Made by a program: the position numbers and the translations under genes. The notes under the pieces were generated by a model. It was given only the letters and a program-made list of their open reading frames with translations, did no database searches and was not told the origin of the DNA. Below, piece by piece: positions 1-15,269 of a stretch of 64,000 bases of DNA (position 1 is its first letter; every line of letters starts with the position of its first letter). Origin of the DNA: Chrysomallon squamiferum (lineage: Eukaryota; Animalia; Mollusca); assembly GCA_012295275.1 (NCBI GenBank), contig CM022672.1, positions 28,086,001 through 28,150,000 on the forward strand, read 5' to 3'.

Positions 1-1019
1 TTATTTCCCATTCCAGCCAGTACTGCTCGACAGTAAAAGACAGTAATTCTTTGTTTGTGTAAAAGATATCTAACTTCGAATAGATGACACTTTCCGATGG
101 AACAGACGCAGTTGGTTTCCTCTATAATATAAACTATATGCTTGACATCTTATAACCGCTAATATTAAAATGTATTGAACTCATAATTAAATATTAATTC
201 ATTTATTTCTTTGATAGATACTATAATATTCAAATATGTAGCGTACAATAAATTAACTGTTTTGAATATGGATTTGGGCATTTATTTTCTAATTTAAGAA
301 TTTTATTTTCCGATTCTGTAATTTCTTTTCACTGAAATTTTTTTCAGAATTTGTAACGTCATTCAGATGTTATGCAACAACAGTCTATTTTGGATAGTAT
401 TAGACTTGATCTCCTCTAAAATGGTTCAGGGCCGATCCACAATTTTAGAAGAATGTGATCTATCATTCAGGAGATGTGACTTTCAAGACAAATGCTTTTT
501 ACTGTAATGAATCAAATTTTTTGTCAGTAGAACTGGAGGAGCGGTGGATATCGTATTCGCCCAAGCCTGGATTAGCTAGAGTGTTAATTACAGACTCCAT
601 TATCTTTATGAGAAATATTCTTTCAACTCAATTACTCATCCGAGTATTGATTTTATCAATTTAATATTTCACGATTACAGTCATAAAAATCTTTCTGACA
701 AGAAATAATTTTCTTGCTTGAAAAAAAAACACTTTTTTGTTGTATTTATTTCGTAAAAACGAAATGAACAGAAAAAGAAAGCAAGAAAAGAAGGAAAAGA
801 AATAATAACAAATATGCATTAAGAAAATAAAGAAGAAGAAAGTAAACAACAACAGGTGAGTAAGACCATATAGAATCTAGAAACATTTAGCACTCGATGT
901 TCAAATACCTCAGATCTTCTCAACATTTTGAGGGTAATTCTGCACACATAAATCACAGATCTACGCTTACAACAATGAAACTTTTTTCAAAGGCCATATA
1001 TGTGCTTATATATATATAT

Positions 1020-1520
1020 GTAGGTATGTGTTTATGTTTGGATGGACTGATGGGTCTGTGTTTTTAGAATGTGTATGTAGTGTATGTGTGTGTGTGTGTG
1101 TGTAGGTTATGTGTTTATGTTTGGATGGATTGATGGGTCTGTGTTTTTAGAATGTGTATGTATGTGTGAAATGTGTGTGTGTAGTTAGGTATGTGTTTAT
1201 GTTTGGATGGATTGATGGGTCTGTGTTTTAGAATGTGTATGTATGTGTGTGTATGTGTATGTGTGTGTGTAGGTAGGTATGTGTTTATGTTTGGATGGAT
1301 TGATGGGTCTGTGTTTTTAGAATGTGTATGTATGTGTGTATGTGTGTGTGTATGTGTGTGTGTAGTTAGGTATGTGTTTATGTTTGGATGGACTGATGGG
1401 TCTGTGTTTTTAGAATGTGTATGTATGTGTGTATGTGTGTGTGTATGTGTGTGTGTAGGTAGGTATGTGTTTATGTTTGGATGGACTGATGGGTCTGTGT
1501 TTTTAGAATGTGTATGTATA
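1020..1520. repeat. Minisatellite, 6 copies of ~55-bp core GTAGGTATGTGTTTATGTTTGGATGGAYTGATGGGTCTGTGTTTTTAGAATGTG separated by variable (GT/AT) tracts
   Basis: Direct inspection; period ~80-93 bp. Confidence 0.95.
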
Positions 1521-2623
1521 TGCAGACCAGCGATGAAATAAAAACAAACCATTATTATTTCATAAACATGGCTGAATTCAGTTTAAAACTAGTTTATATT
1601 CATTGAAAACTGAGGCTGAATTATCTATCCATATTTATGTTATATTTATAATATATTTCATTTTATTTTCAGTAATTTTTGTTTTTGATTCAGTATTCTG
1701 ATTAAGTATATGTTAATCACATGACCGGAAATTGTTGCTTATTTGGTTTAAAAAGATCTCGAGTGAAAACAAAAATGTCTTGCTGTTATTCCTGTGCGAT
1801 ATGTTTTAGAAGACACTAGCTTTGTCTGCTGAATGAAAAAATGTGATAATACTTATGAAAACTGATCACAACCACTTCCTAATATAATAATGCCAGTTTG
1901 TATAATTATCTGACCATAAAATGTAAGGCAGACAAATAAATAAAAATAATTATAATCATTTTATATATAGTTCTAAATATACAGAAATAGATAGTCTAGT
2001 CTATTTTTGGCTTGATATCTGACTGTTCCAAGGCAGAATAATGAGTGGTGAAAAGCGGTGATTTTGGCTATAAACCTCCATTAAACTGCTGTGAAAATAA
2101 AGTAAGACATGTTAGTAACGTTGACTGGTAAATGTACCATGACAGGTCTCCGTGTGTAGAAGTAAATCCTTTGATTACTGCTTTTACTCAAAATGAATCA
2201 GAAAGAATGAAGTCATTTCCGATACAGACTACTGTGACGTTGATAGCATTCTTTAAATTCCTTCATCAATAAGGGGCACCAAACCAACTACATATTAGCG
2301 AACACTGATTCTTAATGATATTTGAAACTTGAACATTTTCCTTCTCAGTATTATATTAGTCCTGACATTTCATATATATATATGTAGGTCATAAGTTAGC
2401 AGACGTTACGAAAATCTTGTTTGAAATATTTTTTGATTTAATTTTGGTGTGAGTTTCATCTTCTTTTTTTGTGGCTATTTTAATTTATTAATATTGCAAC
2501 ATGCTCATTTTCCTCGTTTTTAATCTTATCTTTATACTAAATCAATGATCATCATTTTTATCGTTGTCATTTTTGCTTGTGAAATATATTTCTGCTCTTT
2601 TTTGTATTATTACCATCATTTCT

Positions 2624-2673
<50 letters not shown>

Positions 2674-5600
2674 CATCAGTTTTTATGAATAAAAAACACT
2701 TTCTTTGTAAAAATGGACTTTCTTAAAGGAAACAGCTATATCGACTTCCTCGTAATAAAGGAGCTTTTCTGAAAAAAAAATCTATATATTTGTTTTAGTT
2801 GAATGCTACAGACAGTTGTAATGAACAATTCGTGTTTTACAGATTGCAACACAACAGGTAAATTGCTTATATGTGTATGTTTTTCTTTCTATATGTGTAA
2901 ATGTGTGTGTGTTTGTGTATATATGTGTGTAGTTTATTTCTTTATTTCTGTATCGCGCTAAAGATTTTGAATCATTCTCGATGATTAAACGAATATTCAT
3001 TGTTAAATCAGTTGTTTTGGTTGGTTTTGGGGGGCGGTTTCCTTTTTTTATTATTTTGATACTTCTGATATATATCTAATTGTCAGATAGAATAATTGAA
3101 GTATTCGAACAACATAATTTGTCTATTCTTCTTATAGAACGGCAAATAACATAATGTCTGTTCATAAAATATTGTTCATCCTAAGTTCATCCTACAACAA
3201 CCTTTCTATATTTATATTTTATGGCAACAAACCTAAATATTTTTAACGATTTTACTAACATTGACTATAGATAGCTATAAAACTCGATACGTCTACAGAA
3301 ACGCCTTGATTGTGATTAGTGACATATTTGTCTGCCTTTGACCTGTGTCCATGGTGTTAATTGGCCGGTGAATGACTTTGTAGATTATTTTCCAAAATGA
3401 CCGATAGTGACCAGCCATTAACTGATACAGTATTTTTACGATACAGATTGTGTTAATTGTCCTGTTATTGAAAAAGAAAAAAAATCCTTTCATCCATAAT
3501 TTACTAATTAATGATATTTCACGCACTTATTATACACCTACTGTTTTATATCGATTAAAATGTCTTAAATGCATTGTGCGTGTGTGTGTGTGCGTGCGCG
3601 CGCGCGTGTGTGACACATCTGTTTATAATTTCAGTTTTATATCACAAAAGTAGCTATTGGATGCAGTTGGGTTTGGGATTGGAATGACTTAGCTTTTTTC
3701 AGTCGTATGTTTTTGATGCCTTTCGATAAACTGTTCTGTTCCAAAGGTTTTCCTGGAAAATTTCTGTAGGTATATAATCATGTGCTAAGAAGGTTATGTA
3801 TGCAAAAACGAAAAATATTGAAGTTCCTATCGAGGATCCATTAATTTTGAAAACGTAAATTCTATTTAGAACCAAAGTAATCCACTGGCAACAACAATGG
3901 AATCCATGGATAATGCACGATTGATTTTGTTTATTACTGGTTTAGTTAAAAGTAAATATATATCCATAATTTGTCTTATGACAAAGGTGCTTTAAAATTG
4001 TATAATTCCTGAAAATTTCAAAACATATGCTTAAATTCTGATTCACCCAGGTAACTGGCAATGCAAAGGCTGAAAATAGATCATCATATGACTGCTACTG
4101 ATGAAGAATTTCACGAGGGAGGCTAGCATCAGAACCCAACTGGGGAACACTTAATTTCGCTGTAAAAATTGGAGTTCTGAAAGTGAACAAATTTGAGTCA
4201 AAAAGTCCATTCAGTTATACTGTTCTCTCCTAACCAACAAATGAATATATCCTTAATGTCACAGTTAGCATGCCTATGTTTTTCTTTCACCTCACCAACT
4301 CTGGCCAAATTACATTCAGTTCAGTTATTACACATATTTACTTACATTTTCAGGAAGTATCCATATTTCCTGCGACTTATTTATAAATGAAAATCACTAC
4401 CCTTATCGTCTTTGATATACTGTATAAAGAAATGAAAAGGTTACTGTAAACTGCAGACAACAAATCCATCTTTACAATTTCTTTCATTGTTCTGTTTTTT
4501 TATATTTTAGTGTAGTAGTCATAGTAATAATAATAGAAAATATAGTAAAGTAGTAGTAGTAGTAGTTATAGTAGTAATAGTAGGCGGTAGCAGTAGTAGT
4601 AAATAAATATGAATAATTAAATAAATATGAATAATTAGCAACAACAACAACAATAATAATGATGATGATGATGATGATAATAAAATAATAATAATAAAAA
4701 CAATGAAATAAATAAAAGCCTCATATAAATTATTAACAGTTTTTGTCTAACGTAGAATACACTAACATCGGCCAGTTAAACTGAACAAATATTTTAGCCA
4801 ATACACAAATTTCGAAATATTCTTGACAGTATGTTACAAAGAAATATATAATGATGATTTTGGTGTTTTTTTTAAACAACCATTTAACTTCCATTCCGGC
4901 CAATTCAATGCAGTTTAATGCAAAACTAACACAGAGATACAAGTTAATTCAAATTTTCGCTTCATTACATGCGTTGATCATGACAGATGATTTGTCAGCC
5001 TGACGAGTCCATAAATGTAACATTTTCCATTCACTGTCCGTGCAACATGATTCCACGTTTTATCTCAGTGAGACATTTGATCTGATTACAGGACATATCG
5101 AGATTAAGGCTGATCCTGTCCCGTCTTTTACACGATGTAAAACTGACAACTGAATCCTGCCTCAAAGTGCGCGTAAATGAAGAAACCAATGAAGAAAAGG
5201 ATGTGAATAAATCACTTTCAACGAAAGATAGCTACAGGATCGTGAACTTCCTCCCTCTCACACCTGTTAGAGGTTACTTTTGTCTCCTATTGTCCTTTGT
5301 TACTTGTGTTTATGTTTGGTGCATGTGCATATGTGTATGTATGAATATATCATTTTAATAATGTATTAGATTCCGTTTATGAATATGCATGTGTGTCTGT
5401 ACATATTTCTATGTATGAATACATGGTATCTTTCTGTGTTTATTTGCTTGTACCTACATGCGTAAATGTCTGTATTTGAATCAATATATCAGAAATTCTG
5501 TGTATGTTTCATTATTATTTGTATGTGTGCGTGTTTGTATATATTTGTGTTTGTGGCACAAGTCTACCTTCGTTGGAACTATCTACTTCTATAATACTTC

Positions 5601-5877
5601 TACTGGCACTTTAATAAACAAATGTACCAACATACATTCATATTTATACAACTCAGATCATATCCATGCCAGCGATATTAAAATGTCATAAATATAAATA
5701 CAGAATACGTTGAATTTAGAATTTTAACTTACATAAATTTCAAATTAATCCACTAATAATTATATTGACTGAATCCGGGATCCAAGACAAACGCAGATAA
5801 ACTCAAACAAAAACAAAAAATCTATATTAAATCGGCTTCTGCAATTACCAGCATTGGCCTTTACACCAAGCACACAT

Positions 5878-6118
5878 ATAGCATAGTACAGTACAGTACA
5901 CTATAGCATAGAATTGTATGGTAAGGTATGATATAGCATGGTATAACATGATATGGTATACTATAGTATGAGGCGATCGGTTCGGTATGGTACAATATAG
6001 TATAGTACAATACAATACAGTACAATACACTAGTGTACAGTTTTATGTACTACAGTATAGCATAGTATAGTAAAGTATAGTATAGCATGGTATAGATTAG
6101 TGCAGTGTAATATAGTAC
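5878..6118. repeat. Degenerate pentanucleotide (TAGTA/CAGTA)n
   Basis: Direct inspection. Confidence 0.85.
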
Positions 6119-7571
6119 CATTTATTCGTTCATATACATGCTACAAGAAAAAACCCAAGACTCCTATTATAAAATCACGAATTCGGAAATCTTGGACCAT
6201 GTTTGTATCGACCTAAATAATGACGTACCGGTCAGCTGGTTAACATGTGACAGTTTTCAGCGTTGTATCTGTGTCTGTGCTTGCACACAGAACGCGATTT
6301 TCGTTGCGCTTTTCTGTGCGATTTCATGAATACCAACTCAAATTCTAAGTTATCCCCATTAAAATTAGGCGTAACAAAAATTAATATTAATAGGTTTTGG
6401 CGATTATGGGCCATACTAATATTTATACAATACTGATCATTAGATTGTAATTATCGTACTTTACGTAAACAAGCGAAGGCTTCATAATATTTTCTAGTAT
6501 ACAGCGCGATGAGGTCCAGTGACGTGTGAAGAGATTTGTTTAAAATAGTAATAATTTTGTCGCTATAGCAGAGAGTACACTAAATTCAATAAGCATCCAA
6601 TTAATAAACAAAGTAAAATAGTATTTTATTATCTAAAACCGTCCAAAATATGAGAACAAGCAATTAACAGTTAAGTACGTAGGTTATGTAAACATTGATT
6701 TAAGCCAATGAAATGCTGAGGTTCCGGACATCTGACCTCATGTTTAAATGTCAAGTCACGTCAACAATGTTGATATTGCTTAGTCGGTCTAATAAGAAGA
6801 AGACGAAGAAGAAGAAGAAAGGCCTTTACTGATCAGTGAATGTAAAAATAAAAAAATTTAAATTAATAAATATATATAATATATATAAAATTAAAAACAT
6901 ATTGATAAATAAAAGTGTGACTATTTTCAGGTAATCTGGCAATTTAATTAATCATAACTTGAGAATGAGATCAATCTAAATGAAATAATTGAAAATAGCT
7001 TGAGTTAACATACAGAAAATGTATGACTAACACACGCATTCAGTAAATACTGAATCCACTGAAGTAGAATCAAAATAAACATCCAATCAAATGGAAGTAT
7101 TTTGATCAGGTGACTTAAAAGAAAGCACTACAAGTTTGATTACAATCCACACCGGCAAATCAAGTTATTTTCTTTCCCTGGAAGCTAAAAAACAGTTCTT
7201 AATCGATAGATTTTAATTATATTAAGTCAGCAAAAATGTTTTATTCTGGAAAATTTTAAAATGGATTAATTACCACATTCGTGGAACTAGCAGAGATCCT
7301 AATGGCGGAAAGTGTGATGTTCTGCCTTTATGTACTATAATTCGCCGTTAAAAAGGTATACTTTCGTTAATCACCTAACAACAAATTTCTTATATGCAAA
7401 TAAATAAATAAATAAATAAAAGTGCCTTAACTATATTTAATTAAAGATAGGGTTTGAAGAAAAAATAATTTTCATTTCCTACATCTGATTTAATGAGGCC
7501 TGTTTAATAATACCAATCGTTATTTATAAAAGTATGGCGACAGCTTTCCACTTAGACTCGTTAATATTTTA

Positions 7572-7618
<47 letters not shown>

Positions 7619-7987
7619 TCATACATAAATACATACACACACACATACGATTATATTTAGATACTTACCAAATTAATTTCAGTACAATAGTTCATCTCAG
7701 TGGAAAATAATGTTAATTATTTATTATGTCATTATCATTCGGTGATCGTGGAAGTCTCAGATAAATTATTATTTAGGAAAAAGGGCATGATGTTTGTTTT
7801 ATAAATAAGACTTGCCAATGAGAGTTTTCGCCTTACTTGCTAAAATTTGTATTTTACAGCCTATAAATACACGAACAAAGAATCTTGGAAGAGACGAAGC
7901 TTTGTAGCATCGTGTGCCTATCAGAAATAATATACTAGAAGTTCCCAAGTGTAAATGCATGCATACGTTTACTTTGCAATAAATAAG

Positions 7988-7995
7988 TGACGTCA
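7988..7995. promoter_or_regulatory. Perfect CRE palindrome TGACGTCA
   Basis: Exact motif; function unproven. Confidence 0.35.
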
Positions 7996-8182
7996 TAATG
8001 GGATTACACGAAATTAAGCCCCTGGGTTAGTTAGGAAAGAAAATTAAGTGATATCCCTTAAATGAAACAATCGAAATATAAGATCCAATATAGGTTATTA
8101 TAATTTTGCATTAATGTTTTCATTAAATTTGATCTGAGTGTTTGTAAGTATAGAAAGATTTATTTATTTATTTATTTTTTAA

Positions 8183-8246
<64 letters not shown>

Positions 8247-9739
8247 TTTTTTAATTATTTTTTTATTATTATTTATTTATTACATCGTGATAATAATTTC
8301 TCTATTTCATAGTAAATGTTATAAATGTTGGATAGCTATCCCAGTAGATGCATTAATGGTGTACAGTTACCATATTATGGCAATATTTTCCATTTCGTCA
8401 GGGTTATGTAAAGACAGTTTCAATATGTTTGCGACAACTGATATTTGTGAAAGTAAATGAATAATCAGAGACTGGTGTTTCGCTACAGTGAGATAACTGT
8501 TCAGAGACGTTCTTGGTTGTAAGAGTAATCCTTATTGCTTCTACTTTTTGATTATTTCCCCTTTGACTCATTATCAAACTACTGGTTTTAAAAAGTTAGT
8601 GGTATGCAATTTTCTTGTGGAAAATGTAATCATAGCTGAACCTTCTCACAAACAGGTCACACTACTACTGTCGTTAATAAACTAGTACGGCTTGATCAGA
8701 AAATAACTGAATAGAGTTTCACAAATTGTTTCGAAGATATTCTTCCGCAATGAATTTCTGATATGAATACCTCAGTATCAACATATTCTCAGTAGGTAAG
8801 GAACAAATAAACGATAACAAAGAAATAATACAAAATAAAGTTTAAAAGAATACTCTACATCATTATTACACAAGACCTTTCACTCTGATATCATCTGCAT
8901 GCAAACACCATCTCTACTTAACACAAAAACATTAAATACCAGACAGTCAGTGAAGACATCTAATCCAGCCATACTTCTGATTTAAGGAATCGTAAATGCA
9001 ATACTTCGTGTCCGATAGAAAATAGTTCATCATATTTCATCATTATAATATAAATGGAGAGCGCTGAAAGGAAGATTTATTAAGAGAAAATTCTAAGAAT
9101 ACTTCTATGTCGTATTTTGTTTAGGTTCTAAGTTCTGGGTCGGGATGCAAGACTAACATTTTATACTATTTTCGACTTAGTTACTGATATCTGGACGTTT
9201 TCTGTGGAACAAAGCTTGACAGTACTGAGACGATTTATTTATTCATCTGTCCATTTATTTGTTTGGTTTCTTCTTATATTTTCTTTATTATTATTATTTA
9301 TTTATTTATTTATTATAACAAAGGACCTCTACACAGGTAATCGTATACGACGATATTTGATGTTACAATACTGATTTTCATTTTACAAAACGACCGTTAA
9401 TATTACAATATTGATATTGAAATTACAACATTAACACTAACTTTGCCATTGGTAATTACAGCATTGAAATTGAGATAACAACACTGATATCGATAATGCA
9501 ACGCTGATATTGATATTATAACATTGACACTGACCTTATATCATTGACAATACTGTTGCTAATATATTATTACAATAAGTCAACAAAAAAAAGAGCAAAC
9601 GAAAAAAACAACTGAAAAAATAAAATAATAAAACAAATAAATAAACAGTATTCTGCCACTCGTTCCAGTTTAGTATGAAAAAGCGATACGTAACAAGTGC
9701 TAACACCACGGAACCCTTCATCCAGGAATTTATTTACCT

Positions 9740-9769
9740 ATGTATGTGTGTGCATGTGTGTATGTATGA

Positions 9770-9802
<33 letters not shown>

Positions 9803-9862
9803 TGTATGTATGTATACGTATGTATGTATGTATGTATGTATGAATATATGTATGAATGTATG

Positions 9863-9891
<29 letters not shown>
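9740..9891. repeat. (TATG)n microsatellite
   Basis: Direct inspection. Confidence 0.95.
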
Positions 9892-9894
<3 letters not shown>

Positions 9895-10274
9895 AAATAA
9901 AACTGAGGATGCAAATCAGTTTCAGCATACTTCCAAATGTATACTTCACCTAGGAAATAAATATTACAAGAAACCCAATATAAACAGGTAATAAAAGTTT
10001 TAATTACCAAGGTATTAGCGAATACCGTCGCTCGAAACCATATATAGCAGTTGCAATGTCAGACGCTGTACAGTAATGAATTGATTAATCAGGGTGTGTC
10101 GTGTATTAGAAGCGAGTATATCGTTCTGAATCCATACCGTATTCAACTGACAAATAAAAACACAACACAAAAACAAGAACATCAATTTGGTCTAAATCTC
10201 TACTCGTTTGTTTATATGGAGTATTTTGTTACAAGATAAGTCTTGTAAAAGAAGATTAAAAGTAAAAAAAAAAG

Positions 10275-10624
10275 GTCCGCCATTATTGTCAACACGGCTG
10301 CATATTGATTTACAAAAGAAGTAGCTGAAGAGAACGTCTACGTATAAACGAGAAGACGTCATACTATTGGCACGATCATCTCACGGCGTTCTGTTTGGCT
10401 GGATCTCTGTGATCGAATAAGGTAAAACTGGACTATCAAAACGTATTTTCATTAAACGTGTGGAGCCGCTGCAGAGTTGACATGTTAACAGTTAGAAATC
10501 GGAACCGTTTCCGGATTTTTAAACAAACCTACACAGCTGTTTGGTCCGGTCGGTAATATAGACATCGACGAAAGCAGACGTGTCGTCTTGGATGGAAAAA
10601 AAACTGTCAATTATTTCGTGAATT

Positions 10625-10657
<33 letters not shown>

Positions 10658-10923
10658 TTCTATGAGGAATGTTTGTAAACAGGTATTAAAAAAAGAAGAG
10701 GAATTGCTTATTTCAGTAACCCGAAGCGTTGTAACATCTAAGTAGAAGAATCAGAGAAAAGTTTTATAAATACATTCTGACTGATATTTTAAAAGATAAT
10801 AACTACTCCATTTGTTCGTGGCTTAGAAATTAACAGGAATTTTTTTAGAAGACTTTACCAGATACTGCCCATCTGGTGGGCGAAAATCAAAATTATTTGT
10901 GAATATAATCTTCATTCCGCCTG
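10275..10923 (+). promoter_or_regulatory. Possible promoter and non-coding first exon of the PDE gene
   Basis: Locally CpG/GC-enriched, YY1-like CCGCCATT near 10277, donor-like CTG|GTAAAT at 10923/4; the coding exon has an upstream acceptor (16801) so an earlier exon is required. Inference only. Confidence 0.3.
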
Positions 10924-11444
10924 GTAAATATCAGTTTTTATTATATTTGTTGTGTATGTTAAATTGATAACAGTTTTTAATGTTAGTTCTGCTTCTCTGC
11001 CTATCTTTCTGTCTTTCTCTCTGTCTCTATACCTATCTTTTTATTTGTATAGCTGTCTACCTACGTACCTACCTACTGATGTACCTGTCTGTCTGTCTGT
11101 CTATATATGTCTCTCTGTATTGTCTGCCTGTTGTGTCTATTGTTTCTGTCTATCAATGTCTGTTTATAATAATTCCTATTTGTCCATCCAGTCGTCCATT
11201 AATCCATCCGTACATAATTATTTACTTTAAATGAACCTACTTATTACTGACATTACTTTACATATTCAGTTAATAAATATATATATAAGCAGTAATGAAT
11301 AATAGTAGTGAATTTTCAGGTACGATATAAAAAGTTAGACCTATTGTTAATACCACGCAACCATTCATCCATGAACATGAGATGATTTCATTATCAATAC
11401 TATCGTCATTATTGTCGTCATCTTCATCATCATCATCATCATCA

Positions 11445-11476
<32 letters not shown>

Positions 11477-12558
11477 GATGTTACTGCTTATTAAACATGT
11501 TAAAATATATATGTAAAATAGATGTTTTGTAAAAATAATGATACTTGTAGGAATTTTGTAATAATGAAATTGTTATTAGTTGTCATGTTCAGATATATTC
11601 AGAATAATGATGGAAATTTTAATAGTAACAGTAGTGATGTTAGTGATGGTGGTGACAGTGGTGATATGGTAGTAAAAAATAAAAAAATAAATAAAATTAA
11701 GACAAATTCATTACAGTCATTAAAGGTTTTCATAATACAGATTAAACATCTCTTATCTGAAAAAATCCAAAATCCAAACTTTCCTTTGGCAGACTAGAAT
11801 GTGATATCTTATAGGCTTCGTATAATTTGTTATTTCCATACTAGTAATTATTAAAACTAATATTTAAAACGATCTGCAAGCTACAGCTATATTCTGTGTA
11901 TGAAGTCGTGACGGATTAGGGGTATTTTCAGAGGAGTCTAAGTGGGCAGATGTGTTAAAAAGTGTGCTGATAAAAAGAAATCGTCTAAGTACGATCTGCA
12001 GTCTTTCAAATTACTTTTTTATTTGTTTATTTTGCCGTTTAATTTTTATTAATAACGAAATATAACCCCAAGAAAAGGAGTAACATATTTTATTTACGAC
12101 ACTAAAATATTTCTCTGTGCAGCTGCTTGACAGAGCAATAATGTGGACTGTATCTCTAACAAAAATAGATTTATATTTATATACCACAATGGTATATTAT
12201 TTTCTTAAATATTTTTAATAGCCTTCAAATGTGAAGAAAGAAAGAAAGATTTCGCATATCAGGTTACTGACTACAAATTTTATGTTCATCATCTTATAAA
12301 ATATATTCTTTAATTTCTATTCTTATACCTTTAAAATAGCTGTACAAGAAAAATTGTTTAACGAGTAGAAGAAAAACATAATTATTAACAGAAAGTGAAT
12401 AACATAATTTAGTTTAAAGTCCAAACGTTAGCAAATTTTCTAAATCTAAGGCCGCTAGAAGCTGTGATATGCTAGAGTCGTTTTCTCAGTGTTCTCAACA
12501 TTGTGATATGGCTAGAGTCGTTTTCTCAGTGTTCTCAACACTGTGCTTTGTAGAGTGA

Positions 12559-12566
12559 TGACGTCA
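12559..12566. promoter_or_regulatory. Perfect CRE palindrome TGACGTCA
   Basis: Exact motif in context GATGACGTCAC, FOX-like GTAAACA at 12621; function unproven. Confidence 0.4.
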
Positions 12567-14613
12567 CAAATCGATATATGGCAAATAATATGAAACTAAT
12601 AGAAACCCGACGCTTTCCGTGTAAACAGACACTACACAGAGCACACTGGATAGCTAACCGGCCTCTTGACTGAAGTAATAATAATAATAATAATAATGTT
12701 GATGATGATAATAACAATGATGAAGAAGATAATTAAAATGGCAATCCTGATAATGATAATGACAGTAGTGATATGTAGTAGTGATGATGGTAGTAGTAGT
12801 AGTAATAGTACAGTAATAGTGTGCAATAACAATAATATTAATGACATGGACGACTGGTGAAAGATCTCTCTCTTTCACACACACACAGTAACACACTCAC
12901 TCATTCACATATACACACATATGTAAACACAGATAAAAATAAAAGTTCACTTAAACTGTTATTATTATTTATTTATTTCATTATCGTTTTTCAATTCCAA
13001 TAACACATAATGCAACCTTAAAATCTTTTCATTTTGGCTACAAATAAACTGCTTCGTTGTCTTAAAGTCTTTACGCACAGATCATTTTTCGGAGATAGTG
13101 AGAAATAAGCTTGACGCCGGATAAACTGAAAGATTTGCTATTATTTACAGATTTATAATAGTTTCTAAGAAACAATTAGATGTTCTAGATTATCGGTCAT
13201 ATCACTCAGTTACCCTTGGGTAGTTTATATTTGTTTAAATTGGATTAGCAGGAATTTATTTTTGTTTTTATCTTAATTTTTTTTTAATTTTTTTAAATTA
13301 TTTTATGGAGTATACCTGTTTGTTATTTTTGTATATTTTATTTTTTACATATTTTGTCAGACGGTTTTATTGAATATATCTGTGAATGTTTTTACAAGTA
13401 TATTAATTTGTATAAACTTATTTTATTGATCATACTCTGCTCTGAATTACACTGGATTTTAAACCTTTTATAGATTGAACTTTTCTTTAAATACGTCATG
13501 TTTGTGTGTTTCTGTCTGTCTCTGATTTTTGTATCTGTGTGCTTTTGTTGCAGTCCGCTGGCGCAGTGGGTTTTTCTTTCTCTCTTTTTAAATTAAACTT
13601 ACTGCATGAATTAAAAGTATCACTATCGCTACAAGAGCTATCAAATTTTACAAGTTTCAAGATATCTATCTGGTTAATAAAAATTGGAGAACTTATATAA
13701 AACAAATATTATTAGAAAATTTATTAGGCATTGCTAGAAAAATTACTAACTTTTAATGTACTATATGGCTCTTGTAATAGTAACCTGAATCATAAATCGT
13801 TTAATTCTTTATCAGTTACTATCCAATTAGTAACATCTATGAACTTGGCAAATATAAAGTATTTTCGCGTTTCAGTAGTTATATATTAGTGTGTGTGGGT
13901 GTTTACTGAGTTTGTGAGACAGAGAGAGCATAACATTTTTTAAAAAGAATAAATTTTTATATAACACCGTAACTCAAAAATATTCTGTTTTATCTGGAAT
14001 ACTTGGTAAGAAATGAGTATAATTTCCCAGATCTTTAATACACTAGGATGATTTCGATACAAGTTTAGTAGCAACATTCTTCCACAGTACGTGACGTATT
14101 TCCTGGGTAACATAGCAAATCGTGCGCGTTGCCTCGTTTTCATCCGATCAATACAGATTGTGACATTTGCCTGTTTTATACCATTACGTTTTTTATGCAA
14201 TCTAATTGCGATGTTGACCCATGTAAGAAGAAAATGTGTTTAAGGTTTTTTCGATGAACTGCTTTTAACTGGTGTTAGACACTACAATGTAATTTAACGA
14301 AAGACTGGTGGATAGGAAACTTTAAATATTTCTATTTTCTCAAAGTTAAAAAGAAGAAAAAATGAAGAAGAAGATAATATTAGATAATTTTAATCTGTGT
14401 ATAGATAAATTTAATTACTTTTTGTTCACTGAAATATTTATCTAATTAGTTATTTAGTTATTTTATTTTTATTATTCACTTATTTATTTCCTTTCTTCTT
14501 TTTTCTCCTTCTGTTATTTTGCAGTTATCATTTAGTGTAAAATATTCTGTTTCATGATGTAAATGGTTCACAACTATAATCATACATCAAGATATCTAGT
14601 CTCTCTCTCTCTC

Positions 14614-14681
<68 letters not shown>

Positions 14682-14798
14682 TACATCGTTTAAAAACAAC
14701 AGATCATTCTTGTTACCAGACTTAAATCTTTTATTTCTTTTCACAATCTCTCTTCTTTTTCTACTTTATTTTTATTTTTATTTTTATTTTTTTTTTTA

Positions 14799-14849
<51 letters not shown>

Positions 14850-15180
14850 CTGTATTTTTATTTTTTTATAATTTTTTTATTTTTTTTTTATTTTTATTAT
14901 TACTATTTTTATTTTTATTTTTATTTTTTTTTAAATATTTTTAAGGACTCGGAATAGCATTTATTAGTTATTTTATTATTATTTTTTTATGTTATTCATT
15001 TAACAAAAAGCTGTTCTTCAATAGAAAATGTTTCTTTACGAGACATTCTGTCTGAATCATTTTAGTGAAATGGAAATGCTAAGATGTTAATGTCTGATAT
15101 TATCGTGAACAGTTTGTTCTACCTTCACACTACCTGTGTAGTGTCTGACCGACGCCATAAACCTTATCATTTCATGATCA

Positions 15181-15187
15181 CTCTCTG

Positions 15188-15268
<81 letters not shown>
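15181..15268. repeat. (CT)n microsatellite
   Basis: Direct inspection. Confidence 0.95.

Positions 15269-15269
<1 letters not shown>

Noticed and set aside
1-24. Motif TATTTCCCATTCCAGCCAGTAC similar to 21058-21079
   Set aside because: Short match, most simply fragments of a dispersed repeat; no further structure visible
348-861. Possible exon with strong donor CAG|GTGAGT at 855/856 and ORF 455..664
   Set aside because: No recognisable protein or partner exon; isolated splice motif is insufficient
1020-1552. CRISPR-like array and ORFs 1115..1552 / 1191..1541
   Set aside because: Spacers are simple (GT)n, context is eukaryotic, no cas genes; ORFs are repeat translations
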